Part shown: positions 29,326 to 39,099 of the stretch, one piece after another
Layout of the letters: every line of letters begins with the position of its first letter
Position numbering within the stretch: the stretch's first letter is position 1
Assembly (NCBI GenBank): GCA_035627515.1
Contig: DASPLQ010000012.1
Coordinates: forward strand, 567,558-631,557
Source: Vitreimonas sp.
GTDB taxonomy: Bacteria > Patescibacteriota > Microgenomatia > UBA1400 > PJMF01
Reading direction: 5' to 3'
Length of the DNA stretch: 64,000 nt
Made by a program: the position numbers and the translations under genes
Notes under the pieces: model-generated
What the model saw: the letters and a program-made list of their open reading frames with translations, nothing else
Database searches by the model: none
Told to the model about the DNA's origin: nothing

Positions 29326-29576
29326 ATCTCCAGAATCATGTTATAATCTGCCTCAGTATTAACAGTGAGCTTGGTAAATCTGAGTTTTTCGGGTTCTAAG
29401 TTTTAAATCTACGTTTCAAGTACACGTTCTAAGTTCTGTCTTTCAGTGTGTCACAAGAGAGAACCTAGGCTTAAGATTTAGAGCCCCTCTGTGCGCTCAT
29501 GCACCTCGTTGTTCGGATTTCCCTCACGTATTTAATAAAAGGCCCTCGGCTGTAACTGCTGGGGTGTAATTATCGT

Positions 29577-31919
29577 ATGTCATATCCGACATATTCCAAA
29601 ACCTATACCACTGATCTCCACGTGGGTGACAAAGTCATTCACATCGAGATTGGTAAATTTTCTGAACAAGTCACGGCGGCTGTTTTAGCGAGCTGTGGTG
29701 ATACCGTGGTCCACACGACTGTAGCCCTTGGTCGCGAAGTAGATTTAGGTTACTTTCCGCTGTCAGTGGAGTACGCTGAAAAATTATTTGCCAGTGGCAT
29801 CATCAAAGGTTCTCAATGGGTGAAACGTGACGGTCGGCCCACTGATGACGCGATCTTAAAAGGCCGCGTGATCGACCGGACTATGCGCCCGCTTTTTCCT
29901 GAGGGCATCAAAAATGAAGTCCAGATTATTAACACCGTTTTTTCCTTTGATAAAGTCAACAGTCCTGACATGATTGCTTTGGTCAGTACCGCTGTAGCGC
30001 TGTCGGTTTCTGCAATTCCATTTGATGGTCCGGTAGCTGGTTTGCGCATTGGTTACCGCAAGAGCGATCAACAATACATCATTAACCCGACCTTAGAAGA
30101 GATAGACGAACTCGACATGGACTTAATTGTTTCTGGCACTGGTGAGTCAATCGTGATGGTGGAGTCAGGTTCAAATGAAGTCCCTGAAAGTGTGATTATC
30201 GATGGCTTCAAAGAGGCCCAAACCATCCTGGGTAAGGTCTGTGGAGAAATCCAAGCTATTGCTGACGCAGTTGGTCGACCTAAGTTTACGGTTAAAGAAG
30301 CTGTCGTGGCCGCCACTGATGGCCCATCTTTAGCTGAAATCGTCGAGAAAAAGTTTGCTAAACAACTCAAGGAATTAGTCAGCCTGGAAGGTAAACTGCT
30401 CAAAGATGAGGCTCGCGAAGTTGTGGCTGGAATCTTAGCTAAGCTCAATGAAGGCAAGGCTGACGATGCTGAAGACTTGGTCACCGAAAAAGAGTTGGGC
30501 TCAGTCCTTCATGACCTGACCGCCAAAGTGGCTCGAGAAATGATCTTGAAAGAAGGCATCCGGCCTGATGGTCGTGGTACCGAAGAAATTCGCCCAATCT
30601 GGTGCGAAGTCGATGTCTTCCCTCGAACTCATGGTTCAGCCATGTTTAAACGCGGTGCTACTCAAGCTGTGACGATCACGACGTTGGGTTCACCATCGTT
30701 GGGTCAACATATCGAAGATCTTGAAGGCGAAAGCGTCCGTCACTACATGCACCACTACAATATGCCTCCGTATGCTTCAGGTGAAGCTGGCCGGTTTGGG
30801 GCGCCAAAGCGTCGTGAAATTGGTCATGGTGCGTTAGCAGAACGAGCGTTGTTGGCAATGATCCCTTCTCAAGAAGAGTTCCCGTATACCATCCACGTCG
30901 TGACTGAAATTTTGAGTTCCAATGGCTCAACTTCGATGGCTTCTGTCTGTGGTTCCACCATGTCATTAATGGCAGCCGGTGTGCCTCTTAAGAAACCAGT
31001 GGCTGGTATCGCCATGGGTTTGATCACCGATGGCGCTGGTAAGTACGTGGTGCTCTCTGACATCCAAGGTGTGGAAGATCACATTGGTGACATGGATTTC
31101 AAAGTGGCTGGTACCGATGAAGGTGTCAACGCTTTACAAATGGACATCAAAATCAAAGGTGTGCCGTTGGAAGTGATGGTCCAAGCTCTCGAACAAGCCA
31201 AAGCTGGTCGCTTACACATCATGGGTAAAATGATGACGGCGATTGATGCGCCTCGTAAGCAAATTTCCGAGTTTGCGCCGAAGATTGTCCAGGTAATCAT
31301 TCCCGCTGATAAAATCGGCGAGTTAATTGGCCCAGGTGGTAAAAACATCAAAGCTATCATTGCTGATACTGATGCTGAGATCGAAGTTGATGAAGACGAA
31401 GAACGCAATGTGGGCGTGGTTAATATCACTTCACCTGACCAAAGTAAAATTGATGCTGCAGTGGCTCGAGTCACTGCCATCACTCGCACCATCGAGATTG
31501 GTGATGAGTTTGATGGGGAAGTAGTTCGCATTGAGGCCTACGGAGCTTTTGTGAACATCCTGCCTAATCGCGATGGATTAGTCCACGTCTCAGCCATGTC
31601 AACTGAGTATGTGGGTGATCCTAACCAGGTGGTGCAGATGGGTCAAACCGTTCATGTCCGTGTCAGTGACATCCAACCTGATGGGAAGATCAAGCTGAGT
31701 ATGCTTACGCCTGAGGAAGAGGCTGCAGCTAAAGCGAATCGACCTGAGCGTAGCGAAGGCGGAGATCGCGGTGGCGACCGAGGCGGCTTTGGTGGCAGAC
31801 CTTCATTCCGCGGTAGTCGCGACGGCGGTCGGGGTGGCTCACGCGGCGGTAGCCGTGGCGGGTTTGGCGGTAGCCGAGGTGGAGATCGCGGCGGTTCACG
31901 CGGCGGTGGACGCTATTAA
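29577..31919 (+). CDS. pnp: polyribonucleotide nucleotidyltransferase (PNPase) with a C-terminal RGG/GAR-rich tail
   Basis: Two RNase PH domains, KH (IGPGGKNIK) and S1 domains; the terminal roughly 55 aa are (GGDRGG/SRGG) repeats. Confidence 0.9.
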   Translation: MSYPTYSKTYTTDLHVGDKVIHIEIGKFSEQVTAAVLASCGDTVVHTTVALGREVDLGYFPLSVEYAEKLFASGIIKGSQWVKRDGRPTDDAILKGRVIDRTMRPLFPEGIKNEVQIINTVFSFDKVNSPDMIALVSTAVALSVSAIPFDGPVAGLRIGYRKSDQQYIINPTLEEIDELDMDLIVSGTGESIVMVESGSNEVPESVIIDGFKEAQTILGKVCGEIQAIADAVGRPKFTVKEAVVAATDGPSLAEIVEKKFAKQLKELVSLEGKLLKDEAREVVAGILAKLNEGKADDAEDLVTEKELGSVLHDLTAKVAREMILKEGIRPDGRGTEEIRPIWCEVDVFPRTHGSAMFKRGATQAVTITTLGSPSLGQHIEDLEGESVRHYMHHYNMPPYASGEAGRFGAPKRREIGHGALAERALLAMIPSQEEFPYTIHVVTEILSSNGSTSMASVCGSTMSLMAAGVPLKKPVAGIAMGLITDGAGKYVVLSDIQGVEDHIGDMDFKVAGTDEGVNALQMDIKIKGVPLEVMVQALEQAKAGRLHIMGKMMTAIDAPRKQISEFAPKIVQVIIPADKIGELIGPGGKNIKAIIADTDAEIEVDEDEERNVGVVNITSPDQSKIDAAVARVTAITRTIEIGDEFDGEVVRIEAYGAFVNILPNRDGLVHVSAMSTEYVGDPNQVVQMGQTVHVRVSDIQPDGKIKLSMLTPEEEAAAKANRPERSEGGDRGGDRGGFGGRPSFRGSRDGGRGGSRGGSRGGFGGSRGGDRGGSRGGGRY

Positions 31920-32151
31920 ACTGAGTTAGCTTTAATAAGATTTTAAAGAAAGGCTCTTCTGCTATTTAGCAGAGGGGCCTTTTTGATTGAGTTTTGAGGC
32001 CAGTTAGGCGTGTAATACAATATAATATATTACAGACAAATATGAGTACTAACCCCGACTTCTTTGCCTACTATCGCTAACGAGCTCGTAAGAGCCGGCT
32101 TTTTTTAGTTAAGGAAAAGTTTCTAGAGAAGGTCCGCACCTTTGATATAAT

Positions 32152-33168
32152 TTGATCATGTTTAAAGAAGGAAAAGGTGGTTTACCATCTGAGATACTTG
32201 CTTTGCATGACTTAATCAAAAACTCGCAGCAATTTATCACTGATCGCGGAGTTAATTTTGAGTCATATGTCTCAGCTCTTCAAAGCGCAGGTTTTTTTGA
32301 GTTAAGACTTTTTGATACCCGCGATTTAAGCATTCGTCCTTACCAGACCTCACAGGATCAAGCTGCTTACAAAGAGCGGTCGCAATTATTTCGCTTAGCT
32401 ATAGAAGGGTTTTATCAGGCTGAGTTGGTGACAGCTTTTATGAAGGCTAAAATACAGCAGGGTAGGGAACCACAGGGTATTATCTGCAGTACCATCCCAC
32501 TTGATTTCAATTTCATGGCACCTAGTGAGGACTACTCATTAGACAACTGGGCTGGTGACCCTTTAGTGTATCGCCAGCGTGCACAACAGAATTATTCTAA
32601 GGGAAAGTTCTCCTTTGAGATGTATCTTGCCACTAGGTATGCGACAGTCTTTGATCCCGCCTTTTATGTAAGTTTTTACATGTTCGAGGGTTTTTTAGCT
32701 GATTATCGGGAGCAGCAGCTGAGGGCAATGACGAAGCAGGGTATTAGTCAGCATTTGTTGACTGATTACAAAGATTCCACAGCTTTCAAAGCTCTTTTAT
32801 CGGGTAATTATAACTATTTCATTGGGTTGATGCCTGGCGTTGTCCATGCTTACCGGAAGCGGATTTTATCTGTTTCCCAGCCTTCTGATCATGAAAAGTA
32901 TTTTCTCCCAGAAGATTTTAAAGAGGGTATAGAATATGCTTTTAAAGCGGGTGTATTCCAGCATTATTTGAAATTGGGTGGGCGGAGTATTTGTTCAGCC
33001 GATAGGTTGTTGACCGACGTTATGCCACAAATTCTACCTTCACTATACCTTTATTTGCGTAGTGGTCGCGTTTGTAAAAAGACTCACCGTCAAATAGAAA
33101 TTGTTCAGCATCAGGCTCGTGGTTATATTTATGCTTATCAAGCTTATTTAGATCACAAATTGAGATAA
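32152..33168 (+). CDS. hypothetical protein
   Basis: 338-aa ORF with no recognisable motif. Confidence 0.45.
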   Translation: MIMFKEGKGGLPSEILALHDLIKNSQQFITDRGVNFESYVSALQSAGFFELRLFDTRDLSIRPYQTSQDQAAYKERSQLFRLAIEGFYQAELVTAFMKAKIQQGREPQGIICSTIPLDFNFMAPSEDYSLDNWAGDPLVYRQRAQQNYSKGKFSFEMYLATRYATVFDPAFYVSFYMFEGFLADYREQQLRAMTKQGISQHLLTDYKDSTAFKALLSGNYNYFIGLMPGVVHAYRKRILSVSQPSDHEKYFLPEDFKEGIEYAFKAGVFQHYLKLGGRSICSADRLLTDVMPQILPSLYLYLRSGRVCKKTHRQIEIVQHQARGYIYAYQAYLDHKLR

Positions 33169-33232
33169 TCTCAATGCTTTTGACCTAAACTTCCCAGATT
33201 TCATCACTAGCCTAACCCTGTATACTTACTGT

Positions 33233-34087
33233 ATGCACGTTTCTGCTCTGCAAACATCGAGCGGCATGTTTTGTGTGCTGGCCCTCGACACCACTCCTAC
33301 TGTGGCTAACGAGCTCGGTTTAGATCTAGACCTAGAGCCCAACCAACAGTTTTTTGCTGCCCTCAATGAAGAGTTACTCAAACACCTTTCACCGATGAGT
33401 TCAGGGGTAGTCCTTGACCCCATTTTCACTTTGCCTCTTCTCTCGCACAAAGCTAATCAGCCGGGCTTAGCTCTCCGCCTGGAGCAGCTGACTCCCGGGA
33501 CTGATCCATTGGTAATTCCCACCATCATTCCTAATTGGGGTGTGGAGCACATCTCGCAAAATTATGGTGTGACGAAGGTTGAAATGTATTACCACCCTGA
33601 GGAAATGGAAGCATTGGCCAAAAAACAACTCATAGCTGAGATCAATGATTTTTGTGACCTCCAGCACTCTCATCTTCTCCTTAAACTCATGATTTACACC
33701 CAACCCGATGATGGTGAACAAGGTCTGAGTATGGCCGAGGTGCAGCTCGAGGCTGTGACTGAGCTCCGGTCTAACTGCCAACTGCTTGTCTTGCAGCCCC
33801 CTCCTGATTCACTGACCGCGGCTACCCTGACTGCTGAGCTGGATGTTCCCTGGCTAGTCAGTCTGGAAGGTTTAGAGTATGCCACTGCCAAAGACATTAT
33901 GCGCCAGGCGCTGGAAAGTGGAGCCAAAGGGGCCTATTTAGGTGATGTGGTGTGGCGTGATATCCGTAACCTCCGCCAGGCCGATGCTTCACTTGATTGG
34001 CCAGCCATCCAAACTTTCATTGCTACAGAGGCCCGCGATCGAATGATTGAGTTACGAAGGATCATTGATGAGTTTGCCAACATTTGA
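33233..34087 (+). CDS. hypothetical protein (possibly a TIM-barrel/aldolase-like fold)
   Basis: 284-aa ORF; the N-terminal FCVLALD segment weakly resembles class I aldolase families; no firm motif. Confidence 0.35.
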   Translation: MHVSALQTSSGMFCVLALDTTPTVANELGLDLDLEPNQQFFAALNEELLKHLSPMSSGVVLDPIFTLPLLSHKANQPGLALRLEQLTPGTDPLVIPTIIPNWGVEHISQNYGVTKVEMYYHPEEMEALAKKQLIAEINDFCDLQHSHLLLKLMIYTQPDDGEQGLSMAEVQLEAVTELRSNCQLLVLQPPPDSLTAATLTAELDVPWLVSLEGLEYATAKDIMRQALESGAKGAYLGDVVWRDIRNLRQADASLDWPAIQTFIATEARDRMIELRRIIDEFANI

Positions 34088-34099
34088 TAGACTCAGCTC

Positions 34100-34393
34100 A
34101 TGCTCAAACTTATCAAAGATCTGTCCATGTTTATCATTGCTTTAATTGAAGTGGTGTTGGTGTTTCGCTTTGTCTTGAAATTACTGGCTGCTAATCCTCG
34201 GGCAGGTTTAGTGATGTGGGTTTATGAAACTTCTGAGCCCTTGTTGCAACCATTTCTAGCTATTTTCCCGGCTCCTTCTGTGCGAGGGGGATTTGTGCTG
34301 GAGTTTAGCACTTTGTTTGCCATCTTTGCTTACGCTGTGATTGGGTATATTTTGCAAGAACTGCTCGAGATCATAATCCGCAAGAGTAAATAA
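34100..34393 (+). CDS. YggT-family membrane protein
   Basis: Two TM helices with FRFVLKLLAANPRAGLV...EPLLQPF characteristic of YggT/Ycf19. Confidence 0.5.
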   Translation: MLKLIKDLSMFIIALIEVVLVFRFVLKLLAANPRAGLVMWVYETSEPLLQPFLAIFPAPSVRGGFVLEFSTLFAIFAYAVIGYILQELLEIIIRKSK

Positions 34394-34447
34394 AAACTAT
34401 CAAGTATCTGTGTCAGTCCATGCGTTGTGAATACGAAAGGAAATCTT

Positions 34448-35059
34448 ATGTTTACGTTACCGTCTCTCCCTTATGAATATGCCGCATTAGAGCCCCATTT
34501 TGATGAGCAAACTATGCGCATTCATCATACTAAGCATCATCAAACCTATGTCGATAAGTTAAATGCTGGTTTAGAAGGTCAAGCTGAGTTGCTAGAAAAA
34601 TCAGTTGAAGATTTACTGCGCGGTTTCGAGGCCTTACCAGATAAAGTTAAGCCTGTAGTCCGCAATCATGGCGGTGGTCATGCCAACCATTCTTTGTTTT
34701 GGACAACTTTGTCTGCTCAAGGTGGTGGTGAGCCCAGTGGTGCTTTAGCCGAAGCACTCAATAAAATGTGCACCGACTTCGCTACATTTAAAGATCATTT
34801 CACCCAGGCAGCTACTGGTCACTTTGGCTCTGGCTGGGCATGGGTGGTTGTTAACCCGGACAAGACTACGGAAATCATCACCACCCCTAACCAAGACTCA
34901 CCCCTGATGCAAGGCAAAACGCCGATCATGGGCTTAGATGTTTGGGAACACGCTTATTATCTGAAGTATCAAAATAAACGACCAGATTATATTCAAGCTT
35001 TTTGGAATGTAGTTAATTGGAGTGAAGTCAGCAAACGGTTTGAAGCAGCAGTGGCCTAA
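34448..35059 (+). CDS. sodA: superoxide dismutase (Fe/Mn)
   Basis: [14 protein letters not shown] and QNKRPDY signatures; AAAGGAAATCTT precedes ATG 34448. Confidence 0.9.
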   Translation: MFTLPSLPYEYAALEPHFDEQTMRIHHTKHHQTYVDKLNAGLEGQAELLEKSVEDLLRGFEALPDKVKPVVRNHGGGHANHSLFWTTLSAQGGGEPSGALAEALNKMCTDFATFKDHFTQAATGHFGSGWAWVVVNPDKTTEIITTPNQDSPLMQGKTPIMGLDVWEHAYYLKYQNKRPDYIQAFWNVVNWSEVSKRFEAAVA

Positions 35060-35097
35060 GCGTCATTCTCATCTCTCGCGTGGGCAGTACTTGGTAT

Positions 35098-35679
35098 ATG
35101 TTACAAGTTATTCTTGACGTGGAAACCAAAAAAACCTTTGAAGAAGTCGGCGGATATTTTCCGGATCGCTTAGGAATTTCGTTTGTGGGAGTATGTGTGC
35201 GGGAGGGCAGTGGCAAAGGTGAGATGCAGGGTTTTTTTGAAGCCGACTTGCCCAATCTGTTTCCGCTCCTCGAGCGAGCGGATGTGCTAATTGGTTTTAA
35301 CATCGACGGTTTTGACATGCAAACCTTGGTGCCGTATTACACGGGCGACATCACTCGGATTCCCACCCTCGATTTAATGGTGCGCATCAAAAATAGTATT
35401 GGGCACCGGATTGGTTTAGACGCCGTGGCCAAAGAAACAATTGGAGCCGGCAAAACGGGTGATGGTCTCGATGCGATCAAGTACTACCAAACGAAACAAT
35501 TTGATAAACTGCGTGATTACTGTTTACAAGACGTCGCAGTCACCCGAGATGTCTATGATGTGGGTCTGAAAAAAGGGGCGGTTAAGTTTCGTAATAAATG
35601 GAACCGTTTGATTGATTGCCCCGTGGATTTTACGTTTACTCCTAAAAAAGATGCAGGCGTGCAGATGAGTTTGTTGTAA
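35098..35679 (+). CDS. DEDD-family 3'-5' exonuclease (RNase H-like fold)
   Basis: Exo I ILDVET, Exo II GFNIDGFD, Exo III Y...D (DYCLQDV). Confidence 0.6.
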   Translation: MLQVILDVETKKTFEEVGGYFPDRLGISFVGVCVREGSGKGEMQGFFEADLPNLFPLLERADVLIGFNIDGFDMQTLVPYYTGDITRIPTLDLMVRIKNSIGHRIGLDAVAKETIGAGKTGDGLDAIKYYQTKQFDKLRDYCLQDVAVTRDVYDVGLKKGAVKFRNKWNRLIDCPVDFTFTPKKDAGVQMSLL

Positions 35680-35685
35680 GATAAA

Positions 35686-35712
35686 AAAATCCCCGCCACT
35701 ATGGACGGGGAT
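35686..35712. terminator. bidirectional terminator hairpin between convergent genes
   Basis: AAAAAATCCCCG...CGGGGAT stem flanked by A- and T-runs. Confidence 0.45.
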
Positions 35713-35723
35713 CAGGGTCGAGC

Positions 35724-35954
35724 TTATTCTTCTTCTTTGCCTCTTAAGTCTTCAATCTCGGTTAAGAGAAAGAGACCTAAAGCAGTGGTAACTGCTGCAT
35801 TCCCCGATAGGACACAAACAATGCCGGCGCCTGCTGCGCCAGCTGTATTGCCATTGGTGATTGCATCAAACATGACGAATGCCGAAATTATGCACAGGGC
35901 TATCGCCCCAATGCATAATAACAACATTCTATTTGTCACTTTTTCTAGATTCAC
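35724..35954 (-). CDS. small membrane protein
   Basis: 76 aa with two hydrophobic helices and a Gly/Ala-rich segment. Confidence 0.4.
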   Translation of the reverse strand: MNLEKVTNRMLLLCIGAIALCIISAFVMFDAITNGNTAGAAGAGIVCVLSGNAAVTTALGLFLLTEIEDLRGKEEE

Positions 35955-36374
35955 TTAATACCTCCATATACCCGAGGACTTTTTTCCCCGGATGAGTACT
36001 ATCAACCACCGTGATTAACACCGAAGTTTATAGTACCCACCAGAGAAAAGAGTGAAGGCTAATGACAAGAATAAGCTCTAAACAAGACGTTTTCACTTTT
36101 TAAACAGCATTTGTTAAAAGTAAATAATCTTGGTTTTTAAGGTGCTTCTCACTCGAGAGAAACTAGCGCTAAATATATCATAAATACACACAAATGTCAA
36201 TATTATAGGACTAATTTTCATTAAATTTTTCATATCAAACGTAACTTTTGCACGTCTGTGTAAATTAATGCCTGGAAAACGTACATTTTGTAATATATTC
36301 AGGCAAAGGCTTACAAAAACTATTGATACAATTGCTCTAGGACAAGGGAAAGATACTGATAGAATAATGGCTAT

Positions 36375-36911
36375 ATGGCAAATCTTCTCAAATTTGAGGC
36401 AAAAAAGTGTTGGACAGCGGCTGGTGTCTTGATTCATGAAGGCAAGGTCTTGTTGATCAAACATAAAAAGGTGGGCATCTGGCTCAACCCCGGTGGTCAT
36501 TGCGAGCCCGGTGAAGCCCCTCATCAAGCGGCCGAGCGCGAGTTTTGGGAAGAAGCGGGTATCAAAGTCAAAGCAATTGATTTTGGTTTCACTCCCGACC
36601 AAAAAGATACCGAGTATGTGCCTAATCCCTTTGCCACTAATTTGCACTGGGTGTGTCGCGATAATTATGAGCACCGCGTCCACGGCGCTGAGCTGACTAA
36701 GTATGCTCAAACGCATTGGAAAAAAGGCTGCGAGCAACACCTTAACTTTTTATATTTACTCAAGCCGGTCGGTGACGTGAAGTTCAAAGAAAATATTGAA
36801 GAAACCGATGGCATTGGGTGGTTCACGCTGGCAGAACTAGACACCCTGGAAACCCATCCGCAAATTCGCCAAGAAGTGGCTGAAGCGATGCGACTGAGCC
36901 AATTAATGTAA
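36375..36911 (+). CDS. NUDIX hydrolase
   Basis: Nudix box GGHCEPGEAPHQAAEREFWEEAGI. Confidence 0.75.
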   Translation: MANLLKFEAKKCWTAAGVLIHEGKVLLIKHKKVGIWLNPGGHCEPGEAPHQAAEREFWEEAGIKVKAIDFGFTPDQKDTEYVPNPFATNLHWVCRDNYEHRVHGAELTKYAQTHWKKGCEQHLNFLYLLKPVGDVKFKENIEETDGIGWFTLAELDTLETHPQIRQEVAEAMRLSQLM

Positions 36912-37095
36912 CAGCTCTTAATTCTTTCTTACCCGTCTCCAGCAATTTACATATCGACTACGCACGTGCATTCATGTATAACATGTGTGTAGCCAATCTA
37001 TCATAAAGATGTAAGTAGTGCTGCATACTCCTCACCAGATGGAGAGGGCAGTACAATACAGACTTACTCTATTAAGTAGTTTGGCAAAGGTATCT

Positions 37096-37857
37096 ATGTC
37101 GACCTCAACCTTACGCGTGCGAAATTTGCGCGCTTCTATTGAAGACACTGAAATTTTAAAAGGCATTGACTTGAGCGTGAAGCCAGGTGAAATTCATGCT
37201 GTGATGGGTCCTAATGGTTCTGGTAAATCAACCTTGGCCTATACATTAGCTGGTCATCCGAGTTATGAAATTGCCGAGGGCAGTGAAGTGAGCTTAGATG
37301 GCGAAGACGTGTTAGAGATGTCTCCTGATGAGCGGGCCAATGCCGGTTTGTTTTTAGCTTTTCAGTATCCCATCGAGATTCCGGGTGTCAAAGTCCAGAA
37401 CTTTTTGCGGATGGCGTACGAAGCCCGTTTTGTAGATCAAGAAGACAAAAAATTTCCCTCAGTCCTGAAATTTCGTGAACACGTCGAAAAGCTGGCTGAT
37501 GAACTGGAAGTTAATAAAGAATTACTCAAGCGTGGTTTAAACGAAGGTTTTAGTGGTGGTGAAAAGAAACGCTTAGAAATCCTTCAAATGGCGGTACTCG
37601 AGCCGAAGTATGCCATCCTCGATGAAACTGATTCTGGCCTCGATATCGATGCTATAAAAGCCGTCGCTCACGGCGTCAAAAAAATTGTGTCCAAATATAA
37701 CACCGGGATAGTAGTAATTACCCACTATCAGCGCATTCTGGAGTACCTGAAACCAGATTTTGTGCATGTGCTCGTCAAAGGCAAAATTGCACAAAGTGGC
37801 AGCGGCGAGCTCGTCGACAAGCTCGAAAAGCAAGGGTACAAAGAGTGGGTTGAGTAG
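37096..37857 (+). CDS. sufC: Fe-S cluster assembly ATPase SufC
   Basis: Walker A GPNGSGKST, signature FSGGEKKR, Walker B ILDETDSGLD. Confidence 0.9.
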   Translation: MSTSTLRVRNLRASIEDTEILKGIDLSVKPGEIHAVMGPNGSGKSTLAYTLAGHPSYEIAEGSEVSLDGEDVLEMSPDERANAGLFLAFQYPIEIPGVKVQNFLRMAYEARFVDQEDKKFPSVLKFREHVEKLADELEVNKELLKRGLNEGFSGGEKKRLEILQMAVLEPKYAILDETDSGLDIDAIKAVAHGVKKIVSKYNTGIVVITHYQRILEYLKPDFVHVLVKGKIAQSGSGELVDKLEKQGYKEWVE

Positions 37858-37881
37858 GGGAATAAGTGGAAAGAAATTTAT

Positions 37882-38550
37882 ATGCCAGGCATGCCCGCAT
37901 TACAGGAAACAAGTTATCTCACCCAAGCTTATTTACGAGCGACAGGTGTGCAAGTTAAGACAGAAAAAGACGTCGCAACTCATGAAAATAGAGGAGTTGA
38001 TTTTGATGTGTGGGTAAATATTTTGCCTAACCTTTTAACACAGATTAGAAGTGTGGCTGAACCATGGTTACTCAAATGGTATTTTATTCAACGCTGTAAG
38101 ACTGAGGAGGAATTAAAACCGCTGCAAAATTTTGGCATGTTTGAAGAGTGGAAGTATGTTCGGAATAGTATAGTCACCCCTACATTGAAATCAGAGCAAA
38201 TGAAGCAAGTTTCACTTGAACAGCAACAAGCTATGAAACGTTGCGTCCGTATCATTAATCTTTACTTTCATTTAGTTGAGGGGGGACGTTCCATAGACAA
38301 AGTAGAAGATACGTTGAGGGAAATTTACTTTATGGAAGACGAAGCAGGGCATATCGAGAGTTTAGGAGATGATGGTAAGCCATATCCCGAAACCGAGCAC
38401 GCAAATCTTTTGTTGAATTATGCCGTAACTATGAGTGTCTTATTTAGGGATCAGGAGCAACCCCCAATTCATCGTTTTATACCGAGAGAGCCTATTACTA
38501 ACCCATCACCTCGTCAAGAAAATAACGGTTATAAGCAAATTGGAAATTAA
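37882..38550 (+). CDS. hypothetical protein (lower GC, inserted between sufC and sufB)
   Basis: 222-aa ORF with no recognisable motif; GC about 40% versus about 48% in the flanking suf genes. Confidence 0.4.
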   Translation: MPGMPALQETSYLTQAYLRATGVQVKTEKDVATHENRGVDFDVWVNILPNLLTQIRSVAEPWLLKWYFIQRCKTEEELKPLQNFGMFEEWKYVRNSIVTPTLKSEQMKQVSLEQQQAMKRCVRIINLYFHLVEGGRSIDKVEDTLREIYFMEDEAGHIESLGDDGKPYPETEHANLLLNYAVTMSVLFRDQEQPPIHRFIPREPITNPSPRQENNGYKQIGN

Positions 38551-38565
38551 AGTAGGAGTTACTAT

Positions 38566-39051
38566 ATGTCTTACTTAACCGAAGCACTTACTCAACTTGA
38601 AGGCTCATCTGCAAAGGTAGCAGAAACAGGAGTAATTACTCCTAGTGAGGTCCAGACCTTGGCAGATCATCAACATGTTTTGGCTGCTCAATTAATGAAG
38701 TTACAACTTATTTTAGATGTGTGGTTTGCTGAGGAACAACAAAGAGTAGTCGAAGGGGCTGAAGAACCACACGTAGCTGAATATGACGAAAAACAGTTTG
38801 GTGATCATGAGGTGTGGTTAGAGTTATGGAAGAAATATCTGAAAAAAGATGAGGAAACAGAACCACTAAGTCCTAATCAACAACCATCTAAGCCAGAGTT
38901 TCAACCAGCAACTATGGCTCAAATTAATTATGTTATTAAAGCAATCGAGATCTATTTTTTCTATCTTAAAGGTGATGCATCCTGGGAGATAGTGGAAATG
39001 ATTTTCAACGCTCGCCCCACTACCGAGCTAGTGGTTAGAGATTACGATTAG
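38566..39051 (+). CDS. hypothetical acidic protein (lower GC, inserted between sufC and sufB)
   Basis: 161-aa ORF preceded by AGGAG; no recognisable motif. Confidence 0.4.
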   Translation: MSYLTEALTQLEGSSAKVAETGVITPSEVQTLADHQHVLAAQLMKLQLILDVWFAEEQQRVVEGAEEPHVAEYDEKQFGDHEVWLELWKKYLKKDEETEPLSPNQQPSKPEFQPATMAQINYVIKAIEIYFFYLKGDASWEIVEMIFNARPTTELVVRDYD

Positions 39052-39099
39052 GACATCTACTCAGCTCTTGAACCAACTTCCTGGTAAAATATAACCTCT

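Noticed and set aside
36114-36740. 208-aa - strand ORF
   Set aside because: It overlaps a well-supported NUDIX gene on the + strand and an AT-rich promoter region. It has no RBS and a hydrophobic low-complexity translation.
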